From an uncultured archaeon (lineage in GTDB: Archaea > Asgardarchaeota > Lokiarchaeia > Sigyniarchaeales > SOKP01): a stretch of 38,973 nucleotides of DNA. The notes beneath the pieces were generated by a model. The model made no database searches and was not told where the DNA came from. It saw only the letters and a program-made list of their open reading frames with translations. The stretch covers positions 1-38,973 of the forward strand of contig CAZWEM010000047.1 of NCBI GenBank assembly GCA_964632315.1, in the 5' to 3' direction. A program made the position numbers and the translations under genes. This document shows positions 9,877 through 18,171 of the stretch, one piece after another; position 1 is the first letter of the stretch; each line of letters starts with the position of its first letter.

Positions 9877-9981
9877 TGGTGGACCTGGCGGGAATTGAAC
9901 CCGCGGCCTCAAGAATGCGAATCTTGCGTTGCATGCTGGACATTTCTTCAATCCAATAATCTGCGACTAATCTACAGGCCC
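9877..9981 (-). tRNA. tRNA-Ala(CGC), CCA encoded, with a 30-nt D-arm intron
   Basis: Acceptor stem GGGCCTG/CAGGTCC with G3:U70; anticodon arm CAAGA-TTCGCAT-TCTTG; T arm GCGGG-TTCAATT-CCCGC; ends ACCA. Confidence 0.92.
9929..9958 (-). other. tRNA intron at non-canonical position (about 24/25), TATTGGATTGAAGAAATGTCCAGCATGCAA
   Basis: Removal restores the D stem GATT/GATC; intron stem TTGGA/TCCAG; relaxed BHB with central GCAG/ATGC and bulges AT^T and AA^C. Confidence 0.75.
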
Positions 9982-10059
9982 TTAGTAATTGTAATTAACG
10001 TAGGTGACAAAGAGATTGGGAATTAATATTTTTTTTGAAAAAATGCATTAAATTGGCAT

Positions 10060-12438
10060 TTAATATTGAGTACGAGCTATTATGTCATCTTGTGCTGATT
10101 TAGAGAGTTCATTAAACAGCACAGTGTATCCCGCGATTCTCACAACTAAACCTTGATATTGATTAGGATTGAGCTGAGCATCACATAGAGTCTCTTTACC
10201 AATTACATTCAATTGAAAGTGATATCCTCCTTTTACTTTGAAAAATGTTTTTATCATTGGCACAAATGTCTCGAGTTTTATCGTATTTGGGTGGAAATTT
10301 AGAGTTAATGAATTGCCATTTGTCATTAATTCATTTTCTAGTTTCATTATGGAATTTAATATCGCAGTTGGACCATTCTTATCCCGATTGTTTGTAGAAC
10401 CTACTCCATTAGATAAAGGATCCCTTGATTTCCTCCCATCAGCAGAAGCAGCCGTGAAAACTCCAAACGCCAGATGAAATGATGTTGAATAAATACCAGG
10501 ATTATAATACCCTCCCCTATAATTCTTATATTTCAAGAGTTCTTCACAAAAAAGTTTAGCTATGTCCTTGGCAATGTTATCAACGTAATCATTGTCATTT
10601 CCGAATTTTGGTACCTTATTTATGAATATCTGTCGCCATTCTTCGCCTTTTTTATCACGATAACGGCCCCTATAGTTTTTAGCTAGAATTTGTATCATTT
10701 CATCATAAGAAAGTAATTTTTCTTCAAAAACCACCTTTTTTAAAACAGCAAGACTGTCTGCAATCGTTGCAAGACCGATAAGTTGAGTGGTAGTAAAATC
10801 ATAAATTGCTCCTCCTTTAGTTACATCTAGACCTCGCTCAATGCAATCACTAGTAGTAGCAGATAAGAAAGGTTGGGGACTCAATTCCGCAATCGCTTGC
10901 TCAAGATAATTCATAGTTTCAACCATTTTTCCCATAAAATAGCGAATTTGAAGCGTTAATTCATCCCAAAGATCTTTATAGGTTTCAATCTTTTTGGAAT
11001 TTTTAATCCCGTATTCATTACGGGTGAACATATCTGTCCCATTATTTAGTGTGAGTTCAAGACATTTGACAATATTAAATTGTGTAGCATTAGTACAGCC
11101 AAAGGATTTATAAGGATGCCCTGGTTCTACGCAACCGATTGGGGCATACTCTCTAGCATCAGATAGAGAGTATCCAAGTTCATTTAACCCAGGGATCATC
11201 ACGCTATCATTGAATAGACCAATACTAACTCCTTCTTTTATAGCTTCGCCAGTTGCTTTAAATAGCTCTTCAGGCGTGTCTGGATTTATCCTTACTGAAA
11301 AAGCAGGTTGTACAGTTTTCAATTCTGCATAACATTCCAAAAATAAATAAGAAAGTTCATTAGTAGCGTCATTTCCATTTAGATTAACACCTCCAATTGT
11401 AAGATTTTCCGCTATAGGGGGCCCCTCCGCTGCAATAATGCCTTTTTGGAGCACAATGTTCCATAAAGTTGACAACTTAAGGTAGAAGCACTTTATCAAA
11501 AATTTAGCTTCTTCTTTTTTAATAGTTCCATTCTTAGTGTCATTTTCATAATAGGGATATAAAATTTGATCTAAACGACCCAAACTAATAGCAAAACCGC
11601 CATCCTCTATTCCTGATATTACTTGAATAAAAAATATGAGCTGTAATGCTTCTTTAAATGTTTTTGGAGCATTTTTTGAAATATTAAAACATAATTCTGA
11701 AATTTCTAATAATTCTCTTTTTCTCTTAGGATATTCTTCTTGATTAGCCATATTTTTAGCTAATTTTGAATATCTTTCAATGTATATTTTAGCACCCTTT
11801 AGGAGGATCTTAACTGTTTCTAAAAATCTTAGCTTTTCATCATCGTGTGAAAAATCACTTTCTTTTTCTTCAACTTCAGAAAGCAACCCGTCAAATCCAC
11901 CTTTAAAGACATTACTAAATCCCGGAAAAAAATGCCCTACTCCGTTTGTTATATCTGTATCAACAATATAGAGTAGCATTAACATTAATTCATTCAATTC
12001 AGGACTTAAATAGGAATTAAATCGAGATTTTACTGTATCTTCCTCATTCATCCAATATGGTATTATTTTTTCTCTTAAAATGTTCTTTTCATTTTCAGAT
12101 ATTAAAAAACTTTGAACATCTCTCGTATTATAATTTTCAAGATCTAATTCGATTGTATCCACTCTAACCTCGGGGAATAAAGCTGTTCCGACCAATTTCG
12201 TGGTACGATTTCCAACGATGAACTCATCTTCCCTTATCTTAATTTGTATGTTTTCCAAGATGTAAGCAATTGCTTTAGCAAATCTTATAGTAGAAGTTTC
12301 CCCTTTGGTTTTTTTATAAGATTCTGTAATCAATTCTGCTCTTTCAATACAAATCTCATGAGGTTGCGTTATTATCTGTTCCTTCATCCTATCAATACGT
12401 TCTGAATAATCCGGAGTACTCATGATTTCAGAATGCAT
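10060..12438 (-). CDS. Glycyl radical enzyme (PflD/dehydratase-like class, not canonical PFL)
   Basis: Single-Cys loop PIGCVEP; C-terminal LVVRIAGY glycyl radical motif; SLGRLDQILYPYY. Confidence 0.9.
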   Translation of the reverse strand: MHSEIMSTPDYSERIDRMKEQIITQPHEICIERAELITESYKKTKGETSTIRFAKAIAYILENIQIKIREDEFIVGNRTTKLVGTALFPEVRVDTIELDLENYNTRDVQSFLISENEKNILREKIIPYWMNEEDTVKSRFNSYLSPELNELMLMLLYIVDTDITNGVGHFFPGFSNVFKGGFDGLLSEVEEKESDFSHDDEKLRFLETVKILLKGAKIYIERYSKLAKNMANQEEYPKRKRELLEISELCFNISKNAPKTFKEALQLIFFIQVISGIEDGGFAISLGRLDQILYPYYENDTKNGTIKKEEAKFLIKCFYLKLSTLWNIVLQKGIIAAEGPPIAENLTIGGVNLNGNDATNELSYLFLECYAELKTVQPAFSVRINPDTPEELFKATGEAIKEGVSIGLFNDSVMIPGLNELGYSLSDAREYAPIGCVEPGHPYKSFGCTNATQFNIVKCLELTLNNGTDMFTRNEYGIKNSKKIETYKDLWDELTLQIRYFMGKMVETMNYLEQAIAELSPQPFLSATTSDCIERGLDVTKGGAIYDFTTTQLIGLATIADSLAVLKKVVFEEKLLSYDEMIQILAKNYRGRYRDKKGEEWRQIFINKVPKFGNDNDYVDNIAKDIAKLFCEELLKYKNYRGGYYNPGIYSTSFHLAFGVFTAASADGRKSRDPLSNGVGSTNNRDKNGPTAILNSIMKLENELMTNGNSLTLNFHPNTIKLETFVPMIKTFFKVKGGYHFQLNVIGKETLCDAQLNPNQYQGLVVRIAGYTVLFNELSKSAQDDIIARTQY

Positions 12439-12522
12439 AATTTTTCACAATTCCCTAATGATTCAATTCTAAATATATAACTGTAAAATATATAAATTTT
12501 GATCTTCAGTCGGGAAAGATTA

Positions 12523-12678
12523 TTATTTTTCTTTTGGAAAATATAATAAAGTGCGATTATATTCATTGTCTTTAAATCGTTTAATCGCTAAGTCAAGATA
12601 ATCTTTATTATTATCAATACCAATAAATTTACGCTTATGTAGGTTTTTGTTTTTATTAAGAACCATAATAATTCTCAT
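12523..12678 (-). pseudogene. C-terminal remnant of a DpnA-like (beta-class) DNA methyltransferase
   Basis: Hand translation ...NLHKRKFIGIDNNKDYLDLAIKRFKD... matches the RxFIGID...YLxxAxKR C-terminus of beta-class N4/N6 MTases. Confidence 0.8.
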
Positions 12679-12742
12679 TTTTAATATCCTAATGGAAAAA
12701 AAATAAAATTTATTTCATTGGGCATATAAAAGAAATATCCAA

Positions 12743-13096
12743 CTATGAATCATTGTATATTTTTTTAAAAAAATCTTGTTTTTGAATTAAATTAGCAATT
12801 CTTCCTTTAATCTTTTTTTTCATATTGATATAAATTGTTTTGTCATACCCACTTTTTTTTGATCCTTGTCGTAGATTTTTTAATTCTATTTCAGTATCAA
12901 TCTGCTGATTATACAATACTCCTGAATAAGATCGGGATAATAATTTTAATTTATCAATTTTTTCTTCATAACACCTCAACTTCCTTGAATAATACTCATA
13001 GGTAAGATTATAAGCTTCATCATTTATTAGATTCTTTGAATAGGCTTTCTTTAATTCAATTAGATGATATCCAAGTTTTTTTATTTGCTTTTTCAA
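12743..13096 (-). CDS. Hypothetical basic helical protein (possibly the -1 frameshifted continuation of 13093-13464)
   Basis: ORF only; its TTG start overlaps the upstream TGA. Confidence 0.5.
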   Translation of the reverse strand: MKKQIKKLGYHLIELKKAYSKNLINDEAYNLTYEYYSRKLRCYEEKIDKLKLLSRSYSGVLYNQQIDTEIELKNLRQGSKKSGYDKTIYINMKKKIKGRIANLIQKQDFFKKIYNDS

Positions 13097-13464
13097 CTTA
13101 AAAAAATCATATGCTTCGGAAATTTCAGCTCTACAATCATTAATCGCAAGATTATTTTCTTAATACATCTTTCATAAATATACACACATAAATGATTTAT
13201 TTGATTTTGATTAAAAAATAAGATTTTAGAAACTAAATAGAAGAGGTAATTTTTTTCATTTTCTTCAAATTGACTTAACCATTCATATAATCTCTCAAAA
13301 AACTTTTTTTGTGGTGGAGATATGATTGGTTGGTATGGTTCAAATTTGAAATCAACTAATGTATTTAAATTGAAAAAAAGATCATTATAGTCTTTCTCTA
13401 TTTTATCATTATTTAGATATAACTGTCTATTCCATTCTTCGACTAAATTATCTATATTTTCCAA
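13093..13464 (-). CDS. Hypothetical protein; FFERLYEWLSQFEENEK...KILFF resembles the N-terminal region of PRTase-like defence-associated proteins
   Basis: Motif resemblance by eye only. Confidence 0.45.
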   Translation of the reverse strand: MENIDNLVEEWNRQLYLNNDKIEKDYNDLFFNLNTLVDFKFEPYQPIISPPQKKFFERLYEWLSQFEENEKNYLFYLVSKILFFNQNQINHLCVYIYERCIKKIILRLMIVELKFPKHMIFLS

Positions 13465-13627
13465 ATTCCTTATTGAACTAGTTAAAAATAAATTTTTGAT
13501 TAAGGCTAATAATTACTATTATAAATTTCAAATTTATAAATCATTTTATTAATTAATTCCGATTCAATCTATTAAGATTTATTAACTGAGAGTACTAATA
13601 TTATATAATTGATAACGCAATTCAATT

Positions 13628-14461
13628 ATGTTAGAGCAAGAATATCGATTCGAAGCACGTCCATTTTTAAAATGGGCGGGGGGAAAGCGGCAATTAGTAA
13701 ACCAGATAGATCATTTTCTTCCAGATTCTTTCGATCTTTATATTGAACCATTTGTTGGAGCTGGAGCATTGTTTTTTTATATTAAACCAAAAAATGCAAT
13801 TTTAATTGATAATAATCCTGTTCTAATAAATGTATATCAAGTTATAAAAAATAATTTAGATGAATTAATCGATTTGCTAAAACAACACAAAAATGAAGAA
13901 GAATATTATTATAGTATAAGAGATGTGGATCGAAGTGTAACCTTTAAAAATTGGACTAAGATACAAAGAGCATCACGAATGATTTATTTAAATCGATGTT
14001 GTTATAATGGATTATATAGAGTTAATAGTAAGGGCCAGTTTAACGTTCCCTTTGGGAGATATAAGAATCCTAACTTCTGTGATGAGGAAAATCTTATAGC
14101 AGTTAGAAAAAATTTACAAAATGCTAAAATATTGCTAGCTTCTTATGAGGTCTGTTTGAAATATGCTAATAAGAATACATTTGTTTATTTAGATCCACCG
14201 TATTTTCCAATCTCAAACACTTCAAATTTTACGAGTTATACTAAAGATGCCTTTAGTGCCGAGGATCAGTCCAATTTGAAGAAAATCATAGATAAACTGA
14301 ATAAACTTGGAAGTAAAATTATGTTAAGTAATTCATATTGCGATTTTATTTTAGAACTATATTCAAATTATAACATAAACATTATTAAAGCTCGAAGAGC
14401 AATTAATAGTAATCCAAATAAGCGTGGAAAAATTAAAGAAGTTCTTATCACTAATTATTGA
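13628..14461 (+). CDS. dam: Dam/DpnM-family (D12, alpha-class) N6-adenine DNA methyltransferase, probably GATC-specific
   Basis: PFLKWAGGKRQL, YIEPFVGAGA, YNGLYRVNSKGQFNVPFG, YLDPPY, EVLITNY. Confidence 0.93.
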   Translation: MLEQEYRFEARPFLKWAGGKRQLVNQIDHFLPDSFDLYIEPFVGAGALFFYIKPKNAILIDNNPVLINVYQVIKNNLDELIDLLKQHKNEEEYYYSIRDVDRSVTFKNWTKIQRASRMIYLNRCCYNGLYRVNSKGQFNVPFGRYKNPNFCDEENLIAVRKNLQNAKILLASYEVCLKYANKNTFVYLDPPYFPISNTSNFTSYTKDAFSAEDQSNLKKIIDKLNKLGSKIMLSNSYCDFILELYSNYNINIIKARRAINSNPNKRGKIKEVLITNY

Positions 14462-14613
14462 TGGAAAATGTGATATATGCCATCATTAGAAAGGAAATAA
14501 GGGGGATCTGCGAAAATTAAATCGACACTCTTCTCATCGATTTGATTAAGTATTTCAATTGCATCTCCGAGATATAATGCAAAATCTTTTGATTCAAAAT
14601 AGGAGTTAAGCAT
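14455..14613 (-). pseudogene. N-terminal remnant (52 aa) of a DpnA-like beta-class DNA methyltransferase
   Basis: MLNSYFESKDFALYLGDAIEILNQIDEKSVDLIFADPPYFLSNDGI then stop; DxIFADPPYFLSNxGI is the DpnA-type motif IV region. Confidence 0.88.
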
Positions 14614-14719
14614 AGTTCTTATGAAGATATAATGTCTTTATTTTATTAACTTTAAAGTTTTATATTATCAAGCCTTTATTATTTCATCAACCTCATTAAA
14701 ATATTAACTCTTAAAAAAA

Positions 14720-15661
14720 ATGTCAAGTAAAGAAAGATTCGAAGAATTATTTACACAACACTTAATCAAAGATATCACTGAAGAAAAAATTGATATTGTT
14801 TTATCAGGACAATATGGAAAAGCTTTAGAGTTATTAAGAGATGCTGAGTCTACTGGACTATTTCCTGCTCTTGTAGGTCCTCCAGGAGTGGGTAAGACAA
14901 TATTATGCCGATATTTTGCTAGCTTAAGAGCCCAAGAAAATAAGAATAAATCGTTCTACTGGCTTACAATGGATGAAAGCATAAAACCCTCACATTTTGT
15001 GGGGAGCTTTGACCCCGCCATAACTTTAAAAAAGGGATTTACTCTAGATGCTTTTAATCCTGGACCTTTATTAAGTGCAATGTTAGAAGGAGGTACTTTT
15101 TTAGCAAATGAAATAAACAGAGCTACTGAATATTCTCAAAATACCCTTCTTGAACCTCTGGAGGAAGCATCTATTGGTATTCCTCATTTAGGAAGGATCA
15201 AGGCAGATGAAAACTTCTTTTTTATTTCTGCTATGAATCCGGAAGAACTTTCAGGCACTCATCGACTTTCTGAAGCTTTAAAGGACAGAATCAAAGTCTG
15301 GATCAAGCTGACATATCCTGATAAAGCCACAGAATTGGACATAATTAGGATTAATCTTCCGGAACACTTTACCGTTGAAGAGTCCGAGTTAGAACTGATC
15401 TATTCAATTATAAACGAAACACGGAGGAATAAGATTGATATTGAAGTACCAGCATCTATTAGAGCGGGAATAGCAATCGCTAAACTTATAGCTCGAAGGA
15501 GATTATTAGAAAAACAAGGAGAATTAAAGGAATCAATATCTATATATGAACACCTTTCTGAGATTACAAAACATGTTTTATTAGGGAGTATTAAACCAAA
15601 ACCAGGAGTTAAGGTGGAAAATATTATAGATAATATCATCCATAAAACAATAGGCGTTTAG
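14720..15661 (+). CDS. MoxR-family AAA+ ATPase
   Basis: Walker A GPPGVGKT; Walker B variant FLANEINRA; SAMNP; LSEALKDR. Confidence 0.88.
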   Translation: MSSKERFEELFTQHLIKDITEEKIDIVLSGQYGKALELLRDAESTGLFPALVGPPGVGKTILCRYFASLRAQENKNKSFYWLTMDESIKPSHFVGSFDPAITLKKGFTLDAFNPGPLLSAMLEGGTFLANEINRATEYSQNTLLEPLEEASIGIPHLGRIKADENFFFISAMNPEELSGTHRLSEALKDRIKVWIKLTYPDKATELDIIRINLPEHFTVEESELELIYSIINETRRNKIDIEVPASIRAGIAIAKLIARRRLLEKQGELKESISIYEHLSEITKHVLLGSIKPKPGVKVENIIDNIIHKTIGV

Positions 15662-15674
15662 GAGGTAAATCTAA

Positions 15675-18167
15675 ATGGGAGTTTTTCCAGAAAATCCCTG
15701 TGAGTTTGCTATCGATTTTATTCGTAAGATAAGAAGGCATCCGGATATTGTTCAAGTTCCTTCTTCTAGACAAGTTCTTTCAATCCCAAAACTTATCCTA
15801 TCGAGATATTATCGAAATGGTATGATAACTCCTAATGATTATATAGAAATTAGTATGGTAACTTCTTTTCCAGATAATCAAGAAATTGCAAAAGATATAG
15901 CTTTCGAAATTTTATTTCCAAACTATAAAAAAGACGTCATGCAATCGTTTTTTCAGGATGACTCGCAGGAGGAAGCAGATAAAGATCAATTGAATAAGGA
16001 AATTGAATCAGAATTAAATGAACTTCAGGAATTGTTTGAAGAAATAGAATTATCAAATTCGATCGATTCAGATGCAATTCAAGATCTTGAAGATTTTATC
16101 GATGATCTAAATGAAAAACGGGATGAAGAACCTTTTAAATCTGCTCTTCAGTTTTTCGATGATGACTCTGAATTATATAAAGAAGAAATTTCGTCATTAG
16201 AGAAATTGATTGAAGAAGCTAAAAAAAGGCTCAAACAGAAAATTAATTCATTAAATCCCGAGGATATAAGTGCTGCAGTTAAATTAGGATTAGAAGATTT
16301 GATTCAAAAAAATTCCATACGTGAATGGGAAAAATTAACTAGTCAAGCGCTAGCAGGTCAAGATGTTACAGCTGAACTAAACGAGTTACTTCAATCAGGT
16401 AAATTAGATGATTTACTCCAAACAATGAATTTTATGAATAAAACTTCTTCAAATGATTCAGTAAAAAATCAAATTGAAAAAATTAAAGATCAACTAAAAA
16501 GCCAAATTAAGAATTTAGACCAGTTATTTAATGCTGCCAAAACGTTAGGAGAAACACCTGAATTTGATCTTAATAACTTAATTGAAAATTCTATTGAAAA
16601 AAGCTCCTTCAATCATAATTTTAACCTAGCAAATTCCTTAGATCAGTATTTTGGAACAGATTTACGTTCGGAATTACTGAATAAAATGGCAGAAAAAAAC
16701 ATTTCTCAATCAAGCCTTTCCCTCGAAGATTTAACCAAAAATGCTTTCGCAAATAAAGCCTGGAACTCATTGTTAAACCAAGCACTCAAAAATGCCATAA
16801 AAGATGCTAATAGTAAAAATGTTAAATTTGAAGAATTTAAATCTCTCACTCACCAGCTTCAGCAATTAATGAATAGTTGTGCCAACCCACACTGTAGTCA
16901 AAAGTTAGCACAGAAGCTCCCCGATATTCTCTCAAAAACTTTGGAATCATGTGAGAATCCAGAGCAATTAAAAAATGCCACCGAATTCTTAAGAAAGCTG
17001 GGATTGGACCCAGACTCTGAAAAAATTAGAGAAATGGGAGAAAAATTGAAGATGCCTGAAGAAGAGATCTATGAATTAATTGAACCTAATTTTCAATTGT
17101 TAAATAAAATGATACAAAAGAAGTTGGGAGATTTTCAAAGAGTTACAAATTTAATGAATCAAATTCGAGATCAATTGAATCATGATAGATTAAAAGAATT
17201 AATGACCAGTGCTTTAGCCAATGATAATAGAGATGCCTTATCGGCATTGGGACATTTTGATTTAAATGAAGCCGTAAAGAATGCTAATCAAATAGGAGGG
17301 AAGGAAGGACAAGATAAGATGATTGCCTCCTTATCCGCTGGTACGGGAGAAAATCTTCTAAAGCAATGGTACATCCATAGATCGCAATTACCAAGCGATG
17401 CCAAGTTAAAGATTAAAGAATTAGCTAAAAAAATGCTTTTAGATCTAGGTATCTATTATTCCCGAGCTCGTTTAGGAAGTTCTACCACGGGACCTATGCC
17501 GATCAACATTGTTAGACCTTATACAATCGGAGATGATTTCGAAAATATAGATTTAGAGGAGACAATCTTCAATTTATTGGAAAAGGGAAAGGAAATAGAT
17601 CACATCGATTATGACGATTTCTATGTTTTTGAGACTGCAAAAGGATTACGTTCCGCTTGTGTCGAATTAGACATAAGCGGTTCAATGTCTGGAGATAAAT
17701 TAGCTTATATGGCCATCTGTGTCACAATGCTGATTTATGGATTGCGAAAAGACGAATTAGCAATTACTTTCTTTGAATCTGATACGCACGTTCTAAAAAA
17801 AATGACAGAAAAAATAGATCTTGATAAATTAGCAGATGATTTATTAACAATTTCAGCAATGGGAGGTACTAGAATACAAAGTGCCTTACAATGGGCTAGA
17901 ACTCAATTTAAAGAAAATGCAAATTCACGAGAGAAATTGAACATACTTTTTACTGATGCAGAAATTTATGATATTAGGGAAGCAATGGATGAATTGCGGA
18001 AATTTAGGTCAATGGGGATTGATTTTGTTCTCGTATGTCCAGAAGCATCCTTCAATCTTGATGAAGCAGAAAAAATGGTGAAGATCGCCGGCGGGCAATT
18101 ATTAACAATAAATGATTGGAATGAATTCCCTGAATTAATTTCTGACATAATAAAATCGAGATTTTGA
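15675..18167 (+). CDS. VWA-domain protein (MoxR partner) with a long acidic helical N-terminal region
   Basis: MIDAS DISGSMS, GGTRIQSAL, LFTDAE at the C-terminus; GGAGGT RBS. Confidence 0.88.
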   Translation: MGVFPENPCEFAIDFIRKIRRHPDIVQVPSSRQVLSIPKLILSRYYRNGMITPNDYIEISMVTSFPDNQEIAKDIAFEILFPNYKKDVMQSFFQDDSQEEADKDQLNKEIESELNELQELFEEIELSNSIDSDAIQDLEDFIDDLNEKRDEEPFKSALQFFDDDSELYKEEISSLEKLIEEAKKRLKQKINSLNPEDISAAVKLGLEDLIQKNSIREWEKLTSQALAGQDVTAELNELLQSGKLDDLLQTMNFMNKTSSNDSVKNQIEKIKDQLKSQIKNLDQLFNAAKTLGETPEFDLNNLIENSIEKSSFNHNFNLANSLDQYFGTDLRSELLNKMAEKNISQSSLSLEDLTKNAFANKAWNSLLNQALKNAIKDANSKNVKFEEFKSLTHQLQQLMNSCANPHCSQKLAQKLPDILSKTLESCENPEQLKNATEFLRKLGLDPDSEKIREMGEKLKMPEEEIYELIEPNFQLLNKMIQKKLGDFQRVTNLMNQIRDQLNHDRLKELMTSALANDNRDALSALGHFDLNEAVKNANQIGGKEGQDKMIASLSAGTGENLLKQWYIHRSQLPSDAKLKIKELAKKMLLDLGIYYSRARLGSSTTGPMPINIVRPYTIGDDFENIDLEETIFNLLEKGKEIDHIDYDDFYVFETAKGLRSACVELDISGSMSGDKLAYMAICVTMLIYGLRKDELAITFFESDTHVLKKMTEKIDLDKLADDLLTISAMGGTRIQSALQWARTQFKENANSREKLNILFTDAEIYDIREAMDELRKFRSMGIDFVLVCPEASFNLDEAEKMVKIAGGQLLTINDWNEFPELISDIIKSRF

Positions 18168-18171
18168 GCAA

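Noticed and set aside
12646-14475. IS element or transposon as the identity of the dam cassette
   Set aside because: No transposase or integrase, terminal inverted repeats or target-site duplication was recognised.
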